Shown here: positions 50,477 through 61,116 of the stretch, piece after piece
Position numbering within the stretch: the stretch's first letter is position 1
Layout of the letters: each line of letters opens with the position of its first letter
NCBI GenBank assembly: GCA_963803705.1
Contig: CAWDNU010000005.1
Coordinates: 1 to 64,000 of the forward strand
Length of the DNA: 64,000 nucleotides
Reading direction: 5' to 3'
DNA from: an uncultured Pseudobdellovibrionaceae bacterium
Lineage (GTDB): Bacteria > Bdellovibrionota > Bdellovibrionia > Bdellovibrionales > UBA1609
The notes under the pieces: generated by a model
What the model was told of the DNA's origin: nothing
Database searches by the model: none
What the model saw: the letters and a program-made list of their open reading frames with translations, nothing else
Program-made: the position numbers and the translations under genes

Positions 50477-51928
50477 ATGGAAATTATAGTTAAAAGTCTA
50501 AAGCTACCTAAATCTGCATGCATAACCCTGTTTTCAGTCACAATGGCCGCCAATACATCATTTGCGAAGACCACGGATATGGGTGTCTGCTTCCTAAAAA
50601 CAGACAAGCAAACAATGCAAAGTAAGATAAATGAAATTGCGCAAAGTAATCAAGAAAAAATAATCATTCAACAGCAAGCAAGATTTTTTAACGACCTAAC
50701 TAATCTTTTTGTTCCAGTAGACACTTTTAATTTTAAGATGTTTTGGGTAAGTCGTCCAAACAACGATTGGTTAACTAGTAATTGTTTCAAATTTGGTTAT
50801 ATCGCACTGAAAGATTATAATAGAAGAGCTATTACAAGAGTCTATTCAACGCCTACGAATATAGTTGCAAAAAAAAGAACTACTACAAGATTGCCCGCCA
50901 GCGTAAAAGCATTAGTGCCTCAAGCGGATCCACCGGCTCAAGGATCTGTCTTAACACCAACTGATTCCGCGCCTTTTGATCCCCAAAGTCAGCAAACTCC
51001 CAAGGAGCCTACCGCTCCAGTTGCTAAAGCACCTGCAGATACTAATGCTCAACAGAACTATGCTGTGCCACAAATCAACCTATATAATTATTACACCGGA
51101 GCATCTAGTGGGGACAGCTCTCAACCAGCTAAACAAGATCAGAAGACTGAAACTATCAATACGAAAAAAGAAGACAGTCTGAATGTTAATGTGAATGTAG
51201 GTGAAAATTCAAAAGAGGATCTTAATGATTCTGGCGATTCGAAGTTTTTAAGAAGACGTTCAGTTTATGACCTGCCAGATTATTTAGAGGATCCTTCTTA
51301 CTTTTTAGAAATAAACCCGCTGATGGGCTACGAAAATGTAGAGGTCACCGGTTCTGGCACAACAAACAAGTTTAATCTTTTTGGTTACGGTACAGATATA
51401 AAATTGGGATATAGATTTAATCAGCATTTTAATTACTACTTGAAAGGTCGATACATGGCTTTGGAGCTAAGATCTGCTGACGCACCTGCAACGGTAAATC
51501 TATCTGAAAAATCTGACATCACTTATGGAATTGGTATAGAGCATGTGGCTTCACGATTTTTAAGTTTAGCTTTAGAGTACAACGCTTTACATATTCAATC
51601 ATTCGAACAGTCAGGGGTTCCAACCAATGTGAATGCTCTGAAAGAAGATATTCAAACTTTAAATTTAGACTTCAAACTTAATTTTATAAGTCGCGATAAC
51701 TTTAAAATGGGTTTGCATGGCAACTATGGTATTGTATTGGCAGATAATAGTGATGAACTTATTTATGATTTTAAAACGAAGCTTTATATTCTTAGAGCAT
51801 TTGAAAAGGACTATTTCGGACTCAATTTGGGATATGAACAAAATAAGTTTTTGTATGCTAGTGGACCTACAAGTGAGTCCACTAGAAAGCGCTTTGTCTT
51901 TGGCTTAAGTTTTGGGTTTGATTTATAA
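50477..51928 (+). CDS. Secreted protein with Pro-rich linker and C-terminal beta-barrel
   Basis: Signal peptide, P/A/Q linker, amphipathic strands ending FGLSFGFDL. Confidence 0.65.
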   Translation: MEIIVKSLKLPKSACITLFSVTMAANTSFAKTTDMGVCFLKTDKQTMQSKINEIAQSNQEKIIIQQQARFFNDLTNLFVPVDTFNFKMFWVSRPNNDWLTSNCFKFGYIALKDYNRRAITRVYSTPTNIVAKKRTTTRLPASVKALVPQADPPAQGSVLTPTDSAPFDPQSQQTPKEPTAPVAKAPADTNAQQNYAVPQINLYNYYTGASSGDSSQPAKQDQKTETINTKKEDSLNVNVNVGENSKEDLNDSGDSKFLRRRSVYDLPDYLEDPSYFLEINPLMGYENVEVTGSGTTNKFNLFGYGTDIKLGYRFNQHFNYYLKGRYMALELRSADAPATVNLSEKSDITYGIGIEHVASRFLSLALEYNALHIQSFEQSGVPTNVNALKEDIQTLNLDFKLNFISRDNFKMGLHGNYGIVLADNSDELIYDFKTKLYILRAFEKDYFGLNLGYEQNKFLYASGPTSESTRKRFVFGLSFGFDL

Positions 51929-51935
51929 TTGTGAG

Positions 51936-53219
51936 CTAAACTTCAAGCTCAAGCTTATAAGCTTTGACCTTGTCATGTAGGGTTGATTTTGCAATTCCTA
52001 AGTCCTTAGCCGTTTGCCTTTGATTACCTTTATTAGCAATTAGTCTTTCAATGATTATCTCTTTTTCAACTTGCTTTAGTATTGGCTGGTGAGTGACGTT
52101 GGTGGTCTGCTTAATCAGCTCTGACAATCCTTTTTGAGTTTTACTTTCGTCATCATCTAAAATGGATTCAACCAGATCTGGCTCTATAGTTTGGCAGGAG
52201 TAAAGCACAGAAGCCCTTTGAACAGTCTGCCTAAGCTGACGTATATTTCCAGGCCAGCTGTGACCTTTCATTTTAAGAATCGCGTTGTGCGAAAAACGCA
52301 CCCTAAATTCCTTGGCAAATTGAAAAAAAATTGATTCAAAGTCCTCAATTCTCGATGATAAAGCTGGTGGGTTGATGATAAAGGTTTTAAGTCTATACAA
52401 AAGATCTTCTCTGAATTTTCCCTCGTCAACCAATCGATTTAAATCTTTATGTGTTGCTGCAATTATTCGAACATCTACTTTCACAGTCTTATCTGACCCG
52501 ACGGGAATTATTTCTCCGTATTCGAGTGCTCGTAATAATTTAGGTTGAACTTCCAGAGGCAGGTCACCTATTTCGTCTAGAAACAATGTCCCTTCGTGAG
52601 CTTCTAAAAAAGCTCCTTTCCTATCTTGGGTAGCTCCGGTGAAACTTCCTACGATATGTCCAAATAGCTGGCTTTCAACCAAATTAGGGGTAAATGCAGA
52701 GCAATTAATAGTGACTTTGGATTCTAGGTTCCTTGTGGATAAATTGTGAATTTCCTGGGCCAATACTTCTTTGCCTGAACCAGTAGGTCCCATCAGTAAA
52801 ACGGGAAAATCTGATTGTGCTATTAATGGCAGGCTCTCAAGTTGCTTGCTATAAAAGCTATTTTTAGACTGTAATCTTGTTTTTGGATAGGCTTTTGTTT
52901 CTGACTTAACAACCAATTTAGTCTGTCCTATTTGAATTTGATCACCATGCTTTAGGTTTGCTTCTAACACCTGAGTTCCATTAACATAGGTGCCGTTTCT
53001 AGATCTTAAGTCTTTAATTACAAAGTAGTTGTCTTTTTTTTCAATACGACAATGTCTTGAAGAAGAAAAAGGATCCTTCACCGGAATCGAGTTTGATTGA
53101 TCTCGTCCTATAGTCAAAAAAGACGGTAAGATTTTCTGAATGTGAAGATCGGGGATCTCGATAAATAGATCTGTAAGGTTTTCATAGACATCTGATATTT
53201 GGCGGGTTTGCATATTCAT
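51936..53219 (-). CDS. FHA-domain sigma54 enhancer-binding protein
   Basis: FHA (IGRD, SSRH, SRNGT), GPTGSGKE, GSFTGA, LFLDEIG, WPGNIRQL, Fis HTH. Confidence 0.92.
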   Translation of the reverse strand: MNMQTRQISDVYENLTDLFIEIPDLHIQKILPSFLTIGRDQSNSIPVKDPFSSSRHCRIEKKDNYFVIKDLRSRNGTYVNGTQVLEANLKHGDQIQIGQTKLVVKSETKAYPKTRLQSKNSFYSKQLESLPLIAQSDFPVLLMGPTGSGKEVLAQEIHNLSTRNLESKVTINCSAFTPNLVESQLFGHIVGSFTGATQDRKGAFLEAHEGTLFLDEIGDLPLEVQPKLLRALEYGEIIPVGSDKTVKVDVRIIAATHKDLNRLVDEGKFREDLLYRLKTFIINPPALSSRIEDFESIFFQFAKEFRVRFSHNAILKMKGHSWPGNIRQLRQTVQRASVLYSCQTIEPDLVESILDDDESKTQKGLSELIKQTTNVTHQPILKQVEKEIIIERLIANKGNQRQTAKDLGIAKSTLHDKVKAYKLELEV

Positions 53220-53435
53220 TTTTTTACTCCATTTTAATTAAGTTGAACAATAGGTAAACATTTCACGGGCTAGCATTTAAATGACTAGTCCGTAAGATTT
53301 GTGAACTATGTCCAAATTTCGGACCACGGATTATTTAGCTTTCAGTTGATTTGAGCAAATTTTGTCCGTAGAACGGACATGTTGGCCGTAAATTGAAGCT
53401 AAGATAAAGGCGATAGCAATAAATGTGAGCGTAAA

Positions 53436-53594
53436 AGCCCTCAAAGTGCAACTATGAAGCTAGGGGCGTGGTAGCCCTCAAAGTGCAACTATGAAGCTAA
53501 GGTGCGTGGTAGCCCTCAAAGTGCAACTATGAAGCTAGGGGCGTGGTAGCCCTCAAAGTGCAACTATGAAGCTATGGGCGTGGTAGCCCTCAAA
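53436..53594. repeat. 37-bp tandem repeat, about 4.3 copies
   Basis: AGCCCTCAAAGTGCAACTATGAAGCTAGGGGCGTGGT at 53436, 53473, 53511, 53548, partial at 53585. Confidence 0.93.
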
Positions 53595-53632
53595 CTGAAA
53601 CCCTAGAGTCCTGAGACAAAGGAGAATTCATC

Positions 53633-54232
53633 TTGAAATTTGTTTTTGAAAAGAGTGCAGTTTTTGAAGATCAATACCCCTTGAAAAAGTATCCAGAGGT
53701 GGCTGTGGCTGGACGCTCTAATTCTGGAAAAAGTTCCATTATTAATTCCTGGGCACAATCAAAAATCGCTAAAGTTAGCTCCTCCCCTGGTAAAACAAGG
53801 CTGCTTAATTTTTTTGTTGTAGAAAAAAAGTTTAGGCTTGTAGACACTCCTGGTTACGGCTTTGCAGCCAGGTCAACAAAAGAGCGTAAAAGCTGGCAAA
53901 CAATGATCGAGACATATTTAACATCCAGGGATCAGCTGCGCGGGCTAATTTTGATTATGGACATACGCAGATACTGGGAAGAAGAAGAGGTGATGTTGAC
54001 CGATTGGTGTAATGCCCAAGGAATTCAGGTTTTCGTTGTTTTGAATAAAGCCGATAAAGTAAATCAAAAAGAAAAGCATGCCTCGCTGAGGCGTATAGAG
54101 GCAGAGGGTTTCAAACCCTTCGTTACATCTGCCAAAAGTAAAAAAGGCGTTGAAGCTTTAATACAGTCGGTTTGGACGGATTGGGTTTTAAAACCTCAGA
54201 GCAAAGATATTGTCACAGAGCCGACCTCATGA
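53633..54232 (+). CDS. engB: GTP-binding protein EngB/YihA
   Basis: GRSNSGKSS, PGKT, DTPGYG, NKAD. Confidence 0.93.
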   Translation: MKFVFEKSAVFEDQYPLKKYPEVAVAGRSNSGKSSIINSWAQSKIAKVSSSPGKTRLLNFFVVEKKFRLVDTPGYGFAARSTKERKSWQTMIETYLTSRDQLRGLILIMDIRRYWEEEEVMLTDWCNAQGIQVFVVLNKADKVNQKEKHASLRRIEAEGFKPFVTSAKSKKGVEALIQSVWTDWVLKPQSKDIVTEPTS

Positions 54233-54324
54233 TAGCACTTTAAAGTACCATACAGCTCTACTGGGCAGGCCTGTTTAGTAGCTTTTATTCAGACTTCGGT
54301 ACATTTGATTAGGTAGGATAGCAA

Positions 54325-55059
54325 ATGAAGTATTTAGGGGTAATCCCAGCTCGACTTGGATCCACGCGCTTGCAGCGTAAACCTCTACAGACTCTTTTAA
54401 ATAAGCCTTTAATACTTTGGGTTTGTGAAGCAGTTGAAAAGTCTAAAAGATTAGAAACTTTTATAGTGGCAACCGACTCTATAGAGGTTTTCGACGTGGT
54501 TATTAAGGCTGGATTTGAAGCGCAGCTGACATCTGAAAATTGTGCCTCCGGGACTGATCGAACACTAGAGGTTGCAAAAAAAATCAACCCTACAATCGTT
54601 GTAAACATTCAGGGTGACGAGCCATTAATTCAAGCGTGCGAAATTGATAGTTTAGTAGACTTCATTGAATCCCAGAATCAAGAGTGTTGGGCAACTTTGG
54701 GACATGAAATCTCGGAACCAGATTTGACAAACCCAAACGCAGTCAAAGTAATTTTAAATAAAGACCAAGAGGCTATTTATTTTTCAAGATTTTCGATTCC
54801 CTATTCCAGATTAAATTTCGATTCAAACAGATCTTTAGTTCTTAAACACGTTGGTCTTTATGCATACACCTTAAACGCGCTAAAAGTATTTTGCGATCAC
54901 GGTCCAGTTGAATTAGAAAGGGCAGAGTCCCTAGAACAGTTACGCGCGCTATACCTAGGCCTTAAAATTTTTGTAAAAAAAACGAATTATAAATCTTTAG
55001 GTGTAGACACTTCTGATGATTTAAAAGCAGTTGAAAATATTTTAAAAAGGAATACGTAA
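54325..55059 (+). CDS. kdsB: CMP-Kdo synthetase
   Basis: [33 protein letters not shown]. Confidence 0.95.
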   Translation: MKYLGVIPARLGSTRLQRKPLQTLLNKPLILWVCEAVEKSKRLETFIVATDSIEVFDVVIKAGFEAQLTSENCASGTDRTLEVAKKINPTIVVNIQGDEPLIQACEIDSLVDFIESQNQECWATLGHEISEPDLTNPNAVKVILNKDQEAIYFSRFSIPYSRLNFDSNRSLVLKHVGLYAYTLNALKVFCDHGPVELERAESLEQLRALYLGLKIFVKKTNYKSLGVDTSDDLKAVENILKRNT

Positions 55060-55063
55060 TTTT

Positions 55064-56735
55064 ATGGTTGCCAAAAAAACTTTGCCAAAAACAGAAAAAG
55101 TTATTCCGCTAGATATTAAAAAAGTGCCCACAAAATTTATTTTTGTTACAGGTGGGGTTGTTTCATCAATTGGTAAGGGCTTAACAGCCGCAAGCTTAGG
55201 TTCCTTACTTGAATCAAGGGGTTTCAAAATTTCTATGATGAAATGTGATCCATATATAAATGTAGATCCGGGAACAATGTCCCCTCTTCAGCACGGCGAA
55301 GTTTACGTTACTAATGATGGTGCAGAAACGGATCTAGATTTAGGCCATTACGAACGCTTCACATCAGTACAATTAACTAGAGGCCACAGCATCACCGCTG
55401 GACAGGTTTATGAAAGCGTTATTTCTAGAGAGAGACGGGGAGATTACTTGGGCGGCACTGTTCAAGTAATACCACATATCACGGACGAAATTAAGAAACG
55501 CATCATCAAGACTTCACATGATGTGGATATAGCTATAATTGAAATTGGCGGAACAGTTGGCGACATTGAAGGGCTGCCGTTCATAGAATCCATACGTCAA
55601 CTGCGAGCAGATGTTGGCTTTGAAAACTCTATATTCGTACATGTTACCTACATTCCTTATATAGCTGCAGCCGGAGAACTCAAAAGCAAACCAACTCAGC
55701 ATAGCGTTAAAGAGCTTAGGGCAATTGGTATCCAACCTGACTTCTTGGTATGTCGAAGCGAAAAAGAAGTTCCTCAAGAATTAAAATCTAAAATAGGTCT
55801 TTTTTGCAGTGTTCATCCTCAAAATGTGATAGCTGCCGAGGATTCAAAATCTACTCTACGAAGTTCCACTAAAATTATTTGATGAAGAGTTCGATCTTAA
55901 AATTTGTAAGCGACTAGGATTATCTGCTGGAAACGCGCAGCTAGAGGATTGGAAAGAAATAGTTAATACTTATAAATCTCCTAAAAACAAAATTAAAATT
56001 GGTCTTGTTGGTAAATATGTCGACTTAAAAGAAAGCTACAAGTCTTTACATGAAGCCATAACTCACTCTGGAATCAAAAATAAGTGCGCCGTTGATGTAG
56101 AGTACATAGATGCTGAAAATCTTGAGCAAGTGGATTTAGAAAAGTGTTTTAAGGCCGTTGATGGAATTTTAGTTCCTGGCGCTTTTGGCGAAAGAGGAGC
56201 TGAAGGCAAAATTGCTGCTATTAACTTTGCCAGAGAAAATAAAATTCCATTTTTTGGAATCTGCTTTGGTATGCAAATGGCTGTTGTAGAATTTGCCAGA
56301 AATGTGTGTGGATTAAATAAAGCAACTAGTCGGGAATTTATCCACAACGCGGAAAATCCAGATTTTGTTATTGATTTGATGGAAGAGCAGAAACTAATGA
56401 AGGGCTTAGGTGGCACCATGCGATTGGGTGCATTTCCATGTGACTTGAAAAAGGGGAGTCTAGTTCATAGCCTTTACGGTGAGGACCGTGTCAGTGAAAG
56501 ACACCGACATAGGTTTGAATTTAACAACGAGTATAAATCTACTATTGAAAAAAATGGGATGAATTTATCTGGTGTGTGTTCTGAAAGAGATTTGATTGAA
56601 ATCGTAGAAATACCTGATCATCCGTGGTTCATCGGGGTTCAGTTTCATCCGGAGTTTCAATCACAACCTAGACGGCCACATCCCTTATTTGACGGTTTTA
56701 TTTCAGCTGCATTAAAACGCAGACAAAGTTTGTAA
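55064..56735 (+). CDS. pyrG: CTP synthase, one +1 frameshift near 55854 (likely assembly error)
   Basis: [10 protein letters not shown] synthase domain and GICFGMQ/QFHPEF glutaminase domain; removing one base gives ...KSIYEVPL and joins the frames. Confidence 0.93.
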
Positions 56736-56803
56736 GGTTTTAATAAGTTTTTTAACCTAAATTTAATTTTCAACTAAATTTTAATTTAACTAGTAAGGTA
56801 AGC

Positions 56804-57799
56804 ATGAATATATTAGACAAAGCCAAAGATGTTTTAGACATAGAATCCGATGCTATTTTGAATTTAAAAAAAGGTTTGGGAGAAGACTTTTTAAAGGCCT
56901 TAGAATTAATCGTCTCTTGCTCTGGAAAAGTTATTATATCAGGTGTCGGAAAATCAGGTATTATAGCTAGGAAAATGGCGTCCACTATGAGTTCTACAGG
57001 AACACCTGCCTTGTTTTTACATGCTGCCGAAAGCTCTCATGGTGATTTAGGTGTAATCACTAAGTCTGATCTTGTTATTGGAATTAGCTTTGGTGGTGAA
57101 AGTGCAGAGCTTGAAGATCTTTTAAAGTTTATTAAAAGAACAGGTGTCAAACTTGTTTCAATCACTGGAAACACAGAAAGTCGTTTAGCACATGCAGGTG
57201 ACGTAGTTCTTCATATTCCCATCGAAAAAGAGGCTTGTCCGTTGGGATTAGCCCCTACAAGTAGCACAACTGCGACATTAGCAATGTGTGATGCACTGGC
57301 GATGTGCGCTCTTGAAACTAAAGGATTTAAAGCAAGCGATTTTGCTGAGAATCATCCAGGCGGAAAGTTAGGTCGTAAACTTCTGACTCGTGTTAGTGAT
57401 GTTATGATAGATCAAGATCTGCCGCTGATAGCTGAGCAAGCTTCATTCAAGGACGTTTTAAATCTTATGACCGGTGCCGAGGTCAGGGGTATATGTGGCG
57501 TTATAAATTCAGAAGCAGATCTGATAGGCGTAATTACGGACGGGGACTTAAGACGAAAACTTAACGCTGAAGTTGATACCGGTTCGTTATCATCTAGTTT
57601 GAAATCAATGCTAGCTACGGATATCATGTCATCTAATCCGAAAACTTTAGAGAAATCAGAATTAGCTGAAAAGGCTTTGTTTTTGATGGAGCAATTCAGG
57701 ATTCAGTGTTTGTTTGTTATGGACCAAACGCAAACGAACTCCCTGAAGCCGGTCGGACTAATTCATCTACAAGATCTTTTAGCTGCAAAGATCCGTTAA
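56804..57799 (+). CDS. kdsD: Arabinose-5-phosphate isomerase (SIS + CBS)
   Basis: GVGKSG, HGDLG, EACPLGLAPTSST, HPGGKLG, TDGDLRR. Confidence 0.94.
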   Translation: MNILDKAKDVLDIESDAILNLKKGLGEDFLKALELIVSCSGKVIISGVGKSGIIARKMASTMSSTGTPALFLHAAESSHGDLGVITKSDLVIGISFGGESAELEDLLKFIKRTGVKLVSITGNTESRLAHAGDVVLHIPIEKEACPLGLAPTSSTTATLAMCDALAMCALETKGFKASDFAENHPGGKLGRKLLTRVSDVMIDQDLPLIAEQASFKDVLNLMTGAEVRGICGVINSEADLIGVITDGDLRRKLNAEVDTGSLSSSLKSMLATDIMSSNPKTLEKSELAEKALFLMEQFRIQCLFVMDQTQTNSLKPVGLIHLQDLLAAKIR

Positions 57800-57968
57800 C
57801 ATTCTTTTTTCCAATCAAGATTTAGAAAAAGCTTAAAAACCTAAATAATAGGTGATGGCCAGGTAAACCAACCAGTGAAATAATTAATGGTAAGATGGCG
57901 GCACCCCAAGGCATTAGAGTAAAACTTACAAGTAATGGGCGGCAATTTTTGGTGTCTAAGATTACCAA

Positions 57969-58769
57969 CTAAAACAAATAGCCAACATTAGCTGCGAAAC
58001 TTGTAAAAGAATCGTTATCGGCGTTATCGGCCGCAGCGAAGATATAGCCGTACTCGACGCCAAAAGATACTTTTTCAGCTAAAACATAATTTAAGCCGAC
58101 CATCGAGCTAAATTGATTTCCATTAATATTGAACTGACCATCGTTGTCAGGCAGCTCACGATCATAACTGGTTTTGGTGAAAAATCTAGAATAACTATTG
58201 CTCCAGTAAACAAGTAAGCCGCCATCGGCTTTAACACCAGCACTGATAGCCCCTCGTACCACTGGACCCTTAACATCAAAATTATTTAAGAAAACCGTGC
58301 CAGTATCAACATCTGTATCGTCCATGGTTACGTAGCCTAACCCAAAAATGGCAGAAACAGAAAATCTGTTTTCAGGATCGTTTCTGTTTCCTATAAATTG
58401 ATACTTTAATTTTACATAACTTGGTTGATCACCAATTGCTAGATCTAAAGATAAATCCATGTTTTCAGCTAGTGCTAAGTCAAAAAGTACAGATGATGCA
58501 TCTAGCCCGCTTGCTCCGATATCATTTTCACCTTTATTTTTTTCGATTTTGGTATCACCTTCTTGTGGACCTGTGGCTCCGAAATCCATTTCTGTAACAA
58601 TTGCGGTGACGTCCTGGTAGCCCACGAAACTTGCTTTAAATTTGTAAGCCTTTCCTTGAGTTTCAGAGGTGTCAAAATGGTGGTTTTTAAGTAGGAAGTA
58701 ACTAGTGCTTGAGCACGCAGTACCGAAAATAAGAAACAAGGCAGTAAAAATAAATCTAGTTTTTTTCAT
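57969..58769 (-). CDS. Putative lipoprotein / outer-membrane beta-barrel
   Basis: GTAC lipobox; C-terminal ANVGYLF. Confidence 0.65.
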   Translation of the reverse strand: MKKTRFIFTALFLIFGTACSSTSYFLLKNHHFDTSETQGKAYKFKASFVGYQDVTAIVTEMDFGATGPQEGDTKIEKNKGENDIGASGLDASSVLFDLALAENMDLSLDLAIGDQPSYVKLKYQFIGNRNDPENRFSVSAIFGLGYVTMDDTDVDTGTVFLNNFDVKGPVVRGAISAGVKADGGLLVYWSNSYSRFFTKTSYDRELPDNDGQFNINGNQFSSMVGLNYVLAEKVSFGVEYGYIFAAADNADNDSFTSFAANVGYLF

Positions 58770-59008
58770 AGCATCACCTGTGGCTGAAGTTTTATGACTT
58801 AGATATAAGGGTGTTGCGGGAACATAACAACTAAAATATCATAAAGTTAGAGCAAGAATAATTTTTACATCTAAGAGGTTATATTAGTGTTGTCAAAACG
58901 AACCATTGTTTAGACTGAGCAGTATTAAACAGCCAGATAAAATTTTTGACTCCTGAACAATTGAAGAGTGTTCAGAGAATTTTAGAAAAATAAATAAGGA
59001 AGTATGAA

Positions 59009-59491
59009 GTGCATGATAAATTAAAAAATATAAAATTACTTTTAAGTGATGTCGACGGCGTCATGACGGATGCAACAATTTGGCTAGATTCGAATATGAA
59101 ATGGAAACGTCGATTCAATGTCTTGGACGGTATGGGTTTAATTAGGCTTCAGACTCAAAATATAAAAGTTGGCATTATCACAGCCTCAGACGCAGATGAC
59201 GTCAGACTTAGGTTTAACTTTTTGAAAGTGGATTATTTTTACGAAAAATCATCTGACAAAGGACTAGCTCTTCAAGACGTTTTAAAGAAAACAGGTTTTG
59301 ATTTATCAGAAATCGCTTATATTGGAGATGACCTTATGGATCTACCAGTGATCGAATCGGTAGGTTTCGGGGTTGCAGTTCCGAACTCTTTGGAAGAAGT
59401 GCAGGCCAAGGCAGATTATGTCACAAAAAGGTCTGGAGGAGCAGGAGCTGTTAGGGAAGTTTGCGAAATGATTCTGCGAGCTCAACGTTAA
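59009..59491 (+). CDS. kdsC: Kdo-8-phosphate phosphatase
   Basis: DVDGVMTD, FNVLDG, YIGDDLMD, GGAGAVREV. Confidence 0.92.
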   Translation: MHDKLKNIKLLLSDVDGVMTDATIWLDSNMKWKRRFNVLDGMGLIRLQTQNIKVGIITASDADDVRLRFNFLKVDYFYEKSSDKGLALQDVLKKTGFDLSEIAYIGDDLMDLPVIESVGFGVAVPNSLEEVQAKADYVTKRSGGAGAVREVCEMILRAQR

Positions 59492-59538
59492 AAGTTTTTG
59501 TGCTTTTAAATGGTTCCAAATTTTAAGGAGTTTAAAGC

Positions 59539-60321
59539 ATGCAAAATTATATTTTTAAAAAGTCGATTTTAAAATTCGTATGCATTTTTAGTATGATTGC
59601 AGGTTTGGCGCCGATTGCTGAGGCCAAAAAAATTAGGCTTTCGGAAGACGAACTTTCAAAAGAAGCTGTGATGCCTGTGTTTGACGAGCGAATAGTTATA
59701 AAAAACCGAAGAGTGTCTCATAAAGGGCGACTGGAGCTTGGGCTTTATGGTGGAAATGTTTTATCTGAGGCTATTTATGATCCCCTTACATTTGGTGCGT
59801 CGCTTGCTTATCACTTTGATAACACTCACGGATTTTTAGCTACAATCGGTTTGTACCAAGACAAGTTGAGCGGCAACGGCTTGGCTCTTAAAAATGGTGA
59901 ATCAATTCCGATCTCTGGAGCAGTTAGGTACTTTGATGCGTCCAGAGCTCCGCAGAAAGAATTCATGATTGCAGGACATTACCAATATTCTGCATATTAC
60001 GGAAAAATTAGCATCACTAAAGAGTCAGTTATGAATTTGTCTTTATATGGTCTTCTAGGAGGCGGAGTGTACTCCATAGGTGGCGAGATGGCACCGCTTG
60101 TTAATCTTGGTGTGGGACAGCGTTTTTATTTTACTAAAAGTATAGCCTTTAGATTAGATTTATTACTAAGTTCGTATTACGGACCAGATATAACATCAAC
60201 CGCTGGGACTCCAAATAGTTTAGATAATAGCACCCCGCAGCCAGATGTTGATCCCTCGGCTTTCCAGAAAAAAATTCTATTTGATACCCAAATTAATTTC
60301 GGCGTGACCCTATTATTATAA
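59539..60321 (+). CDS. Outer-membrane beta-barrel, Myxococcus/Bdellovibrio gliding (Glt)-type
   Basis: Signal peptide; YYGKIS, GVGQRFYF; paired barrels upstream of TPR genes. Confidence 0.7.
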   Translation: MQNYIFKKSILKFVCIFSMIAGLAPIAEAKKIRLSEDELSKEAVMPVFDERIVIKNRRVSHKGRLELGLYGGNVLSEAIYDPLTFGASLAYHFDNTHGFLATIGLYQDKLSGNGLALKNGESIPISGAVRYFDASRAPQKEFMIAGHYQYSAYYGKISITKESVMNLSLYGLLGGGVYSIGGEMAPLVNLGVGQRFYFTKSIAFRLDLLLSSYYGPDITSTAGTPNSLDNSTPQPDVDPSAFQKKILFDTQINFGVTLLL

Positions 60322-60402
60322 ATATACGGTCTAGTTCTTATCTATTAACTTTCCATAAAGAGCAGCTCTGCTATCCTAAATAATGAGAAGGTGTAAAAAG
60401 AA

Positions 60403-61114
60403 ATGACGAGAACAACATCTATTCTAATTATTTTATTGATAGTGATGTCCCAAGGGGCATGGGCTGAACAGTCTAACGAAGTGCAAAGCGCTAATGGCAC
60501 TGAAGAGCTAGAATCTTTAGAGACGTATTCTGATATTGTGGTCATTCAAAAAAAGTTTTTTGAAAAGACCTCTAGATGGGAACTAAGCGTATCAGGGTTA
60601 ACTTCTTTAAATAATAAGTTCTTCACTTCGGTGGGGGTTAAGGGGACTTTGGGCTATCATCTTTCTGAAAGGTGGGCCGTCGAGGGACAGGCCTGGTACT
60701 TGGCTGAAATCGATAAGGACTTTACATCTAACTTAGAAGACCAATATCAAATATCCGCAAATAATATTGTTACACCTCAGGCATATTTAGGTCTAAATTT
60801 AGTTTGGTCCCCGATATACGGAAAGTTATCTTTGCAAGAAAGATCAGTAAATCCTTTTGAGCTATTTTTTACATTTGGTGCTGGTGTGATTTTGACAAAA
60901 GATGATCAAACGGCACCTGCTCTAAATCTATCTTTCGGCCAAATCCATCCACTGACTAAAAATTCGACTTTAAGGTGGGAAATTGGCGGAAATATCTTCA
61001 GTGCTAAGGGCGATAAAGACTTAGTTGGAGATCAAAGGGGCGCGGATGTAATATCAGAAATTCATTTACGTTTCTGTCGGAGCCAGCTTCTTTTTCCCAG
61101 AGATTAGGAGGTAA
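60403..61114 (+). CDS. Second gliding-type outer-membrane beta-barrel (frameshift near 61060)
   Basis: IVVIQKKFF, WSPIYGKLS; corrected end FIYVSVGASFFFPEIRR-stop at 61114. Confidence 0.7.
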
Positions 61115-61116
61115 AG

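Noticed and set aside
53436..53594. 37-bp tract as mini-CRISPR
   Set aside because: Units are contiguous and nearly identical, with no spacers
55840..55882. Programmed frameshift in pyrG
   Set aside because: No slippery sequence; similar indels occur throughout the window
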